A stretch of 64,000 nucleotides of DNA from Phoronis australis (lineage: Eukaryota > Animalia > Phoronida): positions 13,635 through 77,634 of the forward strand of contig NMRA01000551.1 of NCBI GenBank assembly GCA_002633005.1, in the 5' to 3' direction. Positions 1 through 10,434 of this stretch are shown here, one piece after another (the first letter of the stretch is position 1; each line of letters begins with the position of its first letter). The position numbers and the translations under genes were made by a program. The notes below the pieces were generated by a model. That model had not been told where the DNA came from. It worked only from the letters and a program-made list of their open reading frames with translations, and made no database searches.

Positions 1-699
1 CATGACTGGTTTGCATTGAAAAACTGTGACTTTGATAAAAACAGATCGATCTTCCCCGCTACGGTAAAGCGACTGACATTCTTTCATTTAAGTCGGTCAT
101 GCCGATGTTCTAGTTTCACGGTGTGGGGACCTATACGTGTTTGGACTGGTCGTGAGGAGTACGCCGTCGTCATGAGCAAAATCGGCAAAAATTCCCCGAC
201 AAGGCGTACTTTATGAGATCATTTACCTCTTTACACATATAACTTTCTGCAATGATGTGACCCTAATTACACCAATAGGGTGGCTATACTGACTATGCTC
301 AAGAAATTTCAATGATTGTTTACGCAAAGATAAACTTCGAGTGTCATTTTTTTACATTTGTTCTTGTTTGGCTGAATTTTGAGTACAACCATGTAACCAT
401 AGACAACGCGCATGAGGAGTATGGTTGATGTTTGTGATTTGTAGTTTAAGTTATGTAGCATTTTATGACACCTACTCTCAAAATATCTGTACGGATTCGT
501 CATACTCGAGTTTCGCGTGACAGTCCCAACTCGTTTTGAGCAAGTGTACGGTTTCGAATAGAGCCGGTGGTATTTTCAAATTATTGTTGTCATCTAATTA
601 TGCATCAATACCTGCATAAAGTTACACATTCCTATACATATAAATCAGTATCTTGATAAAAAAAACGTCAAATAATTCTGCAATCGGATTCCCGGCCTA

Positions 700-1860
700 A
701 AACTTGCTGTCGGACTTACTATACAGACTATATCTCCCAGAAATAACTGAGATTTGTTGGTATCTACGGCATAAACCACGTAAATTGCCCAACACTAAAC
801 TTCAAATATTAGCTGTGTGTTGCAACGACTTGGAACTCGAGGAAATATCGAAAACTGACAACGTTTGGCGCGAGAATGACTCATTACACCGATTTCCATA
901 TTTGGCTCGTAGGACCGCCCATCTTCTTGAATTTCTGCAATGCCAGTTCTTACCCCTTTTTAGTGGGACTAATTCTTTCAATCTCAGTGACAAAACGTCA
1001 CATGTTTTGTGTATACACCCTTTCAACTCCAAGTGCAGATTGGGTGGGAATTTGTAAAAATATTTCCCTCTAATGGACTGCAGTTGTGACAAACTTCACT
1101 GTTACTCTCTCGTTTTCTTGTTTAATTCTTTGTTGTCCGTCTTTCAAATTTGGTTCATCTTCGTTTATTCTTGATTCTAATGGATCTTCACCAGATTTCT
1201 TTCCGATGTGCTTGAACCCTCACATGAATCTCAAAACGTTTCCGTGGAAAAGTTTGTATCTGATGCCAAAAAACTTTATAATGTCGTTCGACTACCTCGT
1301 TGTTACGGTGTTGTCGAGGGTAACAATTCTGACACATCCAAAAACAGTAAGAACGCTATCTTATCTAAGGGGAATGTTTCATCTGTTATCATTCTACTAA
1401 ACTTGACCCAGGTGTCTGACTTCTCTGTTATTTTCAAAGCATCGATCACTCGTGGTGTGACATGATCACATAATTATTTCGTTTATTGCACTGTACTCTC
1501 GTGCTAAATCTGACTATATGTCCCTTTCGCTCTCTTTTCGCTCGGTGTATTCTTCATCTTTGCCTCCTCGTTCTATTTTTGACTTCTCCATAAAGGGGCT
1601 CTTGTAAGCAAACGCTTTTTCTGGTATAGATATGTCTTTTGTTTGACCTGGTTTCACAGCCCTCCTCCAAAACAGCGTTGGGAATGCACACATACTCTGA
1701 AACATTCCAAACCGCTTTGTTCGTGCAAAATTAGATACCTAATCCTTAGTCATGTGATCGCCGTGATGTGTGCCAACACAGAAGTAACAGCACTTGAAGT
1801 TGGTTGATCGAAAAAATTTGTAACATGTTTTTACATCGATTTCACTCTGGCTGTCCAAAA
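700..1860 (-). pseudogene. Heavily decayed coding sequence, probably from a large DNA-transposon protein
   Basis: Minus-strand fragments separated by stops and frameshifts read FKCCYFCVGTHHGDH, VIDALKITEKSDTWVKFSRMITDETFPLDKIAFLLFLDVSE, KFFGIRYKLFHGNVLRFM*GFK, ESRINEDEPNLKDGQQRIKQENE and ELALQKFKKMGG. They are protein-like and colinear. The family assignment is from memory only and the boundaries are approximate. Confidence 0.45.
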
Positions 1861-2450
1861 TGGTTAATGGCAATGGCCTAATACATCTTATCTGTGTCCT
1901 CACTTTAATGCACCATTTGTAAATACATCCAATCTTTCTGAAGTCACCTATCCGACTACACTCCTCGAGAACTATCGGTAATTATTAAGTTAAATGGCCT
2001 ATTCTGGTTAAAATTTGATTAATTCTTAACCAGCTCACTGTCGAGTGCGTTGTAGCAGAACAGTTTAGAGTGTCTCTTGAAGGGACAGACTTAGTATGTT
2101 CTTCTATGACCAAAACCTGGCTTAATTTCTGTCTAAGTTACAGATCGAAGGCCTTTTTTGAATTTTGGTCTTCAGTCTTAACTTAGTCTTAAATTTGGTC
2201 TTAAGTCTTTTTAAAAGAGTTAAATAATTTTCCATGAAAAAAGTCCCGGAAAGCAGTTTATTTGTGTAATAAGATTTCCACGTGATTACCTGAATATAGG
2301 CATTTCTAGACTACGGATAGGGCCTTTCTTACTTAGCACAACATGGAGAAATTTTAAGTTCTCCATTGAATATATGTTATGGCTAAGGTTTGATAACTGA
2401 TATACGTCACCTTGGTGAATGAACTCTGATGAGACCAATTTTGCATTTAG

Positions 2451-2629
2451 GAGGCTCGTCTAAAGAGGACATCGATTGGGCTTGGGTCGGACTGTGGGTG
2501 TCACTCGTCGTCATAGCTGTGGTATGCATTGGTTTGGTGGCCGTAGTTATCTATCTCAAGTTAAAAATGGCGCGAGCTGCACGCGCTGCCCTGCTGGCAG
2601 CCAAAGGACAACATGCCGACCAATTGTAG
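2451..2629 (+). CDS. Terminal coding exon (TM helix plus short tail) of a membrane-protein gene starting upstream of the window
   Basis: Acceptor ttttgcatttag|GA (phase 1). Encodes GGSSKEDIDWAWVGLWVSLVVIAVVCIGLVAVVIYL-KLKMAR...HADQL*: a long hydrophobic helix followed by a basic stop-transfer signal. Confidence 0.7.
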
Positions 2630-3441
2630 CAACTAGACCTTTTCCGGAAGTGGTTTCCAGAAACGGTAAAGAGAAAATTTGTCTGTAACTGGAAACATTC
2701 ACGAACAGTGGTGTACAAGTCAGTTCCTGCCTGAAAGGTGATTCCTGGCTTTCCATGGTTGATAAGGCCCTGTTACACCAAGATAGTTTTGAGAACTTCT
2801 GAACTCGTCTGGTCAAAGCATATCTCAAAGGCGAAACCTCCCTCAGGTCCTTACTCCATCGTACCACGCTCACTCAAATTATCCTAGACGAACACTTTGT
2901 GTACGCGTCTGAACATGGGATTGACAAGAAAAGAAGTGGTTATGTGACATCTGTAGAGACTGTACCACTCTCATATCCGGGGTGCTCGATTTTCTAACCA
3001 AAATTTCGTGTGATTCGATATCGTGTGTTGTGAACAAGCAGTAATTTATCAACTTTCAAACTAGGTAATGACGCTAAGTCCGTTCCCTTTTGGCTTTCTC
3101 GTTTCTGATACCATTAGAACTTTGATGTTACATTGTCCAAACATCTAAATCGTGGGAGTTCATGCATACTTGTTGCAAACATCTTAGAATCTCAAGTTTT
3201 CTTGAGTAGGCCAATGGGCTACCATATTCAACAGGTGGTGCTAATTAAAAAAGTTGCGTTCATGGGATGAGGGTTATGATTATCCGAAGTAATGTAGGCC
3301 TAATGGTAGTGTGTGACTGTAGTTTCACTGGTGTCACCCACTGAATTTCTACTTCCTCTGCTCCACATCTCTAATTCCATAGATTATTGTTGTTCAATTT
3401 TGTCTAGGTCTCGTGCCATCTCATGTATTGCGAATTGAGTG

Positions 3442-4422
3442 CAGTGGCGGATTTAGGATATCACAAGGGGAGGGGCCCAACTTTTTTTTTCTGTAAGCAT
3501 TTGCGCAAACCACGATTGTAGATGCGCGTAGCACCGAATGGGGGGAGGTCAAACCCCCCTCCCACCCATTTTTCTGTTTTTTCCTCTGAAGATCAAGCAT
3601 TTTCCTTGATTCCGGAAGTATTATCCAAAAAAGGAGATCGTGTCAAACAGGAAAAACTGCACACACCACAGACTCGAACTCACGACCTGGCGGATAGAGC
3701 ACGCGTGCTTTACCACCACGCAACAGCGATTTCACTGCTTAGCTCTTACTAAGAGACCTACTTGTTTACGGTCCACAGCGTTTGCGCGCGAAACCTACTT
3801 CTTTTTGTAATGCTTATTACATGTTTTATATTTTGTGCTCTCGGTTCGGAACAAATTTGTTGTATTTAAAATAGTCTTCAAATGCCCAAATGGCCAAATC
3901 CGTTTTTCGTGTTGCAATAGTGACGAGATTGCTTTGGAAATCGTCTTAAGTTAAGGCTTGACTTAGAGAGAATTATGAGTTTCTGAGCGATTTACTAAGG
4001 CTTCGATTAAAATTCACATCATACCAGCAGCTTCTATTTTTCCATCGTCACTCAGGTTCCATTTTCTTTAAAAAAGAAGTAAATTTTCTTCAGTGCACAG
4101 TGGAGCAGACGACGGAAACGGAGTCGTAGTGCGCAGCGCCACTGCCGGTCGCCTGGGATATCGCGGGAGAGCCTATACTTAGCCATAGTTCCGTTACGAT
4201 TGCGCCGTGTTCCGAATTTGACACTTGAAATTGGATCTGAGCACCCTCCGCCAAACACTAAAACTGCACACATTTAAATCTTTTTTCATCAGTAAAATTT
4301 TAATTACCGGGGCAAATTAATAAACTCAACATTACCCTACGCACCTGCTGTTTTATTTTTTTGGGGGCAGCCAAGGGGGTGGGGGGCCGGGCTCCCTGGG
4401 CTCCCCCCTAAATCCGCCTATG
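3442..4422. mobile_element. Non-autonomous TIR DNA transposon (hAT-like termini)
   Basis: Ends CAGTGGCGGATTTAGG ... CCTAAATCCGCCTATG form an imperfect TIR with G/C-run subtermini. The right ~130 bp recur at 14437-14565. No clean TSD. Confidence 0.7.
3651..3728 (-). ncRNA. tRNA-derived Pol III-type cassette inside the MITE (not a canonical tRNA)
   Basis: Minus strand has A-box-like GTGGTGGTAAAGC and B-box GTTCGAGTC at tRNA-like spacing, then a TTTTT terminator. No convincing acceptor stem. Confidence 0.45.
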
Positions 4423-4509
4423 CTGTGTACGAAGTTGTTGTCTGACGGGTTAGAAACGACTCGGCNGGCCCCCTGGGAACGAACCAAAAACTGGAGAATC
4501 ACATGCAGT

Positions 4510-4800
4510 CGTGGAGGTACAGTAATTCCAAGAATATAGAAATTTTCTCATATAAATGGAATGCTCCGCGTTCTTGGCGTTGTAGTACCGCCAGGAATGC
4601 TGATTCTTCCGTTCTTTGAGATTGAGCTTAGGGCTTGTTTCTCAGATGCCCATGTCCTAATCTCAGACATGTGATTTTCAAATTAAATATGTTGAGTCTT
4701 TTCTGCAGTTTGGGATGACTGCCATCCAGAACACAATGTGTGTAATGTCATCATACATTTTGGTCAGGGCTTGAGGTTTGTTGAAAGATGGCAATACCTC
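4510..4800 (-). mobile_element. Decayed LINE (L2/CR1-like) reverse transcriptase fragment
   Basis: Minus-strand pieces across frameshifts read KMYDDIT (YADD motif), MSEIRTWASE, KLNLK and ILGIT, in the order expected for the RT C-terminal half. Confidence 0.45.
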
Positions 4801-5729
4801 AAGAAGCAAGCAAAGGGTTTTAACTCTATTTCGAAAGTTATTTATCTGAAGTTCTGGGACGAGAATTTAAGAAATCTCTCTGCGGAATTTTAGGTTACTC
4901 TTACGAAAATACCCGAGGTTCCGGATACATTCGGACGAGCGAACCATAACAACTCAGTCGTTCGTAGGAAGCAAGTTAGTAAGCAATCAGTGCGGAAATT
5001 GTATAATTTTGTGAATAAGTCAAGCAAAAAGTATTAATTCAAACAAACAAGAACTTGGGTTACTTAACCAGCTACAAACCCGTCTTCCGTCACAAAAACA
5101 ACTTTAGATTTAGACCAGTTATAGCGTTATAAATAATGTCCCATATTCAATCTGGAGATGACATAGGGTCCCAAAGAACCCTGGTACATTGTTTGTACTT
5201 GGCATTAAATTTTACATGTTCAAGGCGTGACGTCTTAGAAAATTAACGGCGTGTCATCTTAGAAAATAAAAACCGAGGTGTTGTTATTTACAAACCCAAA
5301 AATAATAAGTTGAGAGCAATTTCATAGTTGTAACAGGTCTAAATGAAAAGCTCATGTCTTTGACGGAACGCGAGTTTATAGCTACAGATAACGAAGGATC
5401 TAGTTTTTGCAGATAACGTATTCTATGCTAAAGGGTTTGAGACAACTTCAGTGTCTGTATTTAAACGCGAAGGCAACCTTTTTTCATGTCATTTTCAGAA
5501 AAAATAAGGTTCGTTGATTATCCTCGACATCTTTTTCACTTAATTACAGCTTTTTGTAATTTAATTAATTACCCATCCTCTACTCCGGTAGTGACGTTTT
5601 GGGAGGCAAGAATTTCGCGCCAATTTCTGTTCATATGGTCTGTCTGTGAGAGCTGTAGAGCCAGTCATTGTTCTACCATAGTTGTGATGTGTTCGGTCGT
5701 TGTTTGTTTTTGTTTACGAGTCACTCAAC

Positions 5730-6412
5730 ATGCCACACTGTTGCTGCGTACCGGGATGTACTCATTGTCGTCTCAAGCGCGTTTTGGGAATCCGACTTTG
5801 GATGACACACTTCGCCGTCAGTACTTGGCTCGTTCGGGTAACGCAACGTTCAAAGCAGTGGAGGGTTACCAAGTGTGTGGCAAGCATTTTCTGTCGTCAG
5901 ATTACGAGAGAGATATGTACCCTAAATTGACCAAGGTCCCTGTGAAACAACGCGTCAAGAAGGGGGTCATACCGTCGCTGTTGATTCCTGGCAGTGCCTG
6001 TCGCCACCCCCGAGAAGTGCGTTTTTGAAGCGAGAAGTGCGTTTTTGAAGCGAGAAGCCTCGCGAGCCACTACAGTGACTGGAGGCACTTCATCTGCTGT
6101 CACCGTTGCCTCCGAACGTACCCCCAGAGCATGCAATTCCAGGAACTAGCAGTGATTCGCCCTGTGCTGTTGTCTCTATCCTAGAGCCTGTAAGCAGCTC
6201 TGCAGCGATGTTGAGTAGTGGGAGTATACAGGCCCAGTTCGATACCCAGTGAAGAGGACAATTCTTCGTCCAATGAAAAGATCGGTGAGCCAAGCTTCGA
6301 TAAGTTTATTGCGGTCTTGTCTGAAGCATTGTACCTACATGTATCTAGAAGGTGCCGTGTGTGTGACGAGAGGGTCACACGGCGGAATGTTAGCAGTTTG
6401 GATGCTCAGTGA
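5730..6412 (+). pseudogene. Frameshifted N-terminus of Kolobok transposase (THAP zinc finger plus CxxC region)
   Basis: MPHCCCVPGC, then a frameshift to LRRQYLARSG...YQVCGKHFLSSDYE...KKGVIPSL (C2CH THAP with an AVPT-like box), and later DKFIAVLSEALYLHVSRRCRVCD. A 20-bp tandem duplication lies at 6011-6050. Confidence 0.8.
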
Positions 6413-6618
6413 GAGCGTGTCGCGCGGCACTCGGGCAATTGAGACAGTTGTGCCTGTGGGTACTCTGCCTGATCATTATACTCGGGCTCAAACATATACC
6501 CACCCACTGACTGTCCGTGAAAAAGTTCCTCGTCACCACTGCTATGAACAATGTCTCCGTTACTCACACGCATCTCTACTCTACTGTCAATGTGATATGG
6601 GTCGCCGACTTTAGCCAT
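6406..6618 (-). pseudogene. N-terminus of the Kolobok second protein (KolX-like)
   Basis: True ATG ~170 bp inside the right TIR, convergent to the transposase. Acidic N-terminus with a GYMFEPEY motif; truncated at the internal deletion. Confidence 0.55.
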
Positions 6619-7305
6619 TTTCAGATTAACACAAACTAAACAACCCTAAATCCAACGTAATTGAGTTCTCTAACAACCTAGCTTGTCGTAAAATACTCCT
6701 CGATGGGAAGTGGTGACGACAATTTTAAAAAACAGCACGACAACAAAAGTAGTACAGATCCTCACAGTAAACTCAACACAGGACCAAATTGGCGCGAAAT
6801 TCTTGCCTCCCAAAACGTCACTTCCGGAGTAGAAGACGAGTAATTAATCAAATTACGAAAAGCTGTAATTTAATGAAAAATGTGTCTGGGATAGTCAACG
6901 AACCTTATTTTTGCTCAAAATGACATGAAAAAAGGTTGCCTTCGCCTTTAAAGCTTTCATAACATGAAATGTGAGGACGAATTTTCCCTATAAAATTTGC
7001 TCGGATTGTTACGAATACTCTTAGTCGTAGCCACTTGCAACTGTTAGCGCCTCGTCCACCCTGACCGTTCAAATAAACCGCCAACTCGGTTTTCATGTTT
7101 TTCCATTGCCGGTTCTGTGGCCGTGAAAAGCCATTTGTCTCTACAAATTAGCAACTCTAATGAATGAATCGCTTTTGCAAAATTCGAAATCATACGAATA
7201 TTGTTAAAACAATTGATTTCTTTTAAAGCTGTATTTCTCTTTGTTTAGCGGGCTAAAAACGAAAATCGATTTAGGCCTTGTACTCCCATCAAATCTATCT
7301 TGTGC

Positions 7306-7501
7306 TATTCCTTACCTTGATAGGATTCTATTGCCATTGCTACCAATCACACGAACACCCTCAGCAATTCAAAAACTCTTCAGAGTTTATTAGGACTGGC
7401 CAACTCTGATATTGCGGATTCGAAATGGCACGCGTACGGATTGCCTGCGATTGGAGTGGTTGGTAACGGAACTAGAATCCTCCCTATCACGGTAACGAAT
7501 T
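7306..7501. mobile_element. MITE with ~35-bp TIR (TATTCCTTACCGTGATAGGATTCTA...)
   Basis: Inverted ends visible here. Related terminal pieces at ~29371, ~35833, ~41690-41835 and ~57457. Confidence 0.65.
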
Positions 7502-9741
7502 GAATATCACGTGGCTAATTATAGTAGCGTAAAAGGCTGAATTTGATGTTCGTTTTTATCTAGCTAAGTACGTCAAAGTGCCGCCATAAGCACACTGAAT
7601 TCCACACCGCCTTATTTGGGCTTATTTTTGCAAAGTTGATACACTGATTTGATTGCAGTCGAGCAAAATCTTCAGAAGTGGTTTGTTGTTTTCCTCAACT
7701 TGCTGTTTGCTAATAACGCGGCGTATTGACCTTTAAAGCGAACCGTCATTAACGAACAACGCAACACACTACTTCATACTTTACATTCTATACAAGTACT
7801 TTTAGTACAAATGTGGTCACCATCAGAGAGGACTATTCATGTGTAGAATGAGAAAGAGCGTGACGCATTATTGATTTTTGTCTTAGTATCCGTTGCTATC
7901 TCTTTGCAACATATTACGTCATTGTTTCCCCCCAGCAGAGTTCATGACAGCTGTCAGTAACTGAAAAGCGTGTTTGATAGTGCGTTTGAACACGTAGTCC
8001 GGTCCCGTAATGTAAAACACGGCTCTAATTATAACACATTTTCCTACTCCAGGGTTCAACAGAATTTTCATTTTTAGACAAAAGGTTGTTTTAATATACG
8101 CATCATGTTTGTATTTAGTTCCATCACACCGTCTGCTATCTCTGATCGCACTTACGTTTTTTCAAATAGCTATAATCAACCAATAGAAGTGTTTAATATA
8201 TTGTCTGTTTAATTGTCCTCGTGCATGAAACTATTGTCTCATCAGTTGACTTGTCTTGTGTATGTTGTTGAGGTGGTGGAAATACGCGCACCTGCAGTTG
8301 TTTAAATATTGCATTGTTTTCAGAGCCTGTGGTTCCAGTGGCTAGTTGCATGAAAAAAACTATTCCAGGGATGTTAGGCCACAATTTGCCACAGCCTCAC
8401 AAACTGCCGCAACTCTTAAACTGCGACACTTCGTAGTTTTACCGTGCGACAATTTGTAGTTTGTGGAGATACACAAATTGCCTGTGCCGACCTTCGAAGC
8501 ATAAAGTGTCGCATAATACGGTTGGAGGGCACATTGGTGCTGCCCCAGTACCCGTGAAGGCCGACGACCGGGAGAGTGGGCCAACTCGAAGCGACTGGAG
8601 AAACAAGCCTGTAGTTCCTGAAACTGAAGGGGAATGGGCAATTTAGTGGTGATCACGGTGAAGGGGACAACTGCGGCGAAAAACAGGAACGCCAAGAATG
8701 GTTAAATGAGGGGTTGTCGGAAACTGCAACTTCAATAAAATGTGTTCATGGAAATAGACATTGACAATGAAGACGGACATACTGTACGAATGTCGTCCGC
8801 CAGTGATATCGTAAGGTGGATTTGCGTTTAATAATACTGCTTGAAATCGTTGTTTTTGATTTCGTTTTAACAGGCTGTTTTCCGTCATAATTAATGGAGA
8901 AGGGATTTCAGGGCGCCCCTAGTGGGCCTGAGTATGCGTGGAATTTCGGACTTCTAAGTGGTTAAGAAACTATAAATTTATTATAATGTCTTAACAGAAG
9001 AAATGCAACACAGATTTACACTTAACGATCAACAGTCGATTTGCGTTAATCTCTTCAATGCCTTCCTGGTCACACTCGTGTCCATGGAGCTAAGGAGCTT
9101 CCAACGGAATTTGCTTTTCTTCTGTTTTCTTGTTTTTGGAATATTGAACTCACGATGGTGATTTGCGTAATATAAGAGAAGATTTAATGACGCTGACAGT
9201 GTAGCCATTGTCAAAAGAAGGTTAATGACACTGTCTGTCAACAGAAGGTTTAATGAAGCTGAAACTGGTCACTGTTTGCACAATTTGCACTTTTGTTTTC
9301 TCGGCATATACCAGTTATGTGAATTTATCAATCCCAATTAATAAGCGTTTTTGACCATAAACCCATAACATCCCCATTAAACATTGAAAACGTTGTAGAG
9401 CAGACACCGATAAATATCCAAGTTGCTGGCTCTCCGTGACAAAGCCAAGTGCGCAGTTGAACGCTTTGATTCTAACGGTTGTGGTTATTACAATTTCATG
9501 ACCCAGATGTGCTACTTAATTTTGTTTTAATTCAGTTACAGCTTAACCGTGTCAAATGTGATATGTAAGCTAAGTAGTTATTTCCAATGACAGTATCGGA
9601 GTAAAATTGCCGAATTCAAGCTACATGGGCACATTGCGTTGACGACAGTTACGTGATCTTTTGCACATTCATTATCTTTGTCTAATATTTATTGCAACCC
9701 CGGAAGCTCCACACATTTTAGAAGGATAGACGTCGTCTCTA

Positions 9742-10002
9742 CATGCGCGCACCCAGGAGGGACTCAGTCAACTCGAACGAGCCCCCCCCCCCTCCCCCGT
9801 TTGGTGAATGGACAAAAGGTCCGCCTAAGAGAAACAAAAACGAAAAAGTAGAAAACGACACAAAAACCAACTGAAAGGACAGGAACTACCAAAATTCGGC
9901 AATTTATACCTCTGTCCGTACACCGTGAATCTTAGAAAAAGGTCCACATTCTCAAAAATTCGACCCCCCCCCCTCCCTATTTTTAGGCAGGGTGCGTGCA
10001 TG
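9742..10002. mobile_element. MITE with CATGCGCGCACCC termini
   Basis: TIR CATGCGCGCACCC/GGGTGCGTGCATG. The internal AAAGG(A)CAGGAACTACCAAAA...AAGGTCCACATTCTCAAAAATTCG is shared with copies at 24640-24887 (inverted), 34202-34376 and, more diverged, ~14820-15020. Confidence 0.75.
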
Positions 10003-10118
10003 TTCTATGTGTTGGAGAAGTACATTAGGAAAAGATTTAACGTTAACAATAGTAAAGATTTTGTTTAATCATACATTTAGTCATTCAAATACAGCGTTTG
10101 AAATCACTGCGACAGAAT

Positions 10119-10434
10119 CTAATCGTAGTCAGGAGTAGGAGTCGGGTTGGACCAAGCGTACTGTCTGCCATTAAAAAGACGGCCATTAACTGCATGCAAG
10201 CGATCATCAGTTTGTTTTCCACTTCCACGTGACAGACCTCGTGGTTGTCGTAAGGACTGTCTTCCAGGTGCCCGACGCCTGTCCCGGGAACTATCAGCCA
10301 AGTCCAACCCAAGTTGGGGATCAACGATATGAAGTCGTCCCATTGGCATGGCTGTTTCCATGTGGTGACTTGCAAATGACCCGTCAGTTTGATCTTCGTT
10401 ATTCAGAGAGTTGTCATTGTTTCGTATCTGCCTC
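10119..10434 (-). CDS. Gene A exon 8, cytoplasmic tail
   Basis: Acceptor ttttttttcattag|G (phase 2). RQIRNNDNSLN...SNPTPTPDYD*. Confidence 0.7.

Larger units (their letters stand above)
5465..6947. mobile_element. Kolobok DNA transposon, internally deleted (1483 bp)
   Basis: TTAA on both sides (5461-5464 and 6948-6951) and 162-bp TIRs (5465-5626 / 6786-6947). The right terminus reads AGGCGAAGG, the purine-purine start typical of Kolobok. It contains a THAP ORF and a convergent second ORF. Confidence 0.88.

Noticed and set aside
3651-3728. Functional tRNA gene
   Set aside because: Acceptor and anticodon stems cannot be formed convincingly; kept only as tRNA-derived.
8360-8888. Overlapping short ORFs in a GC-richer stretch
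   Set aside because: No recognisable domain, splice pattern or RNA fold; left unannotated.
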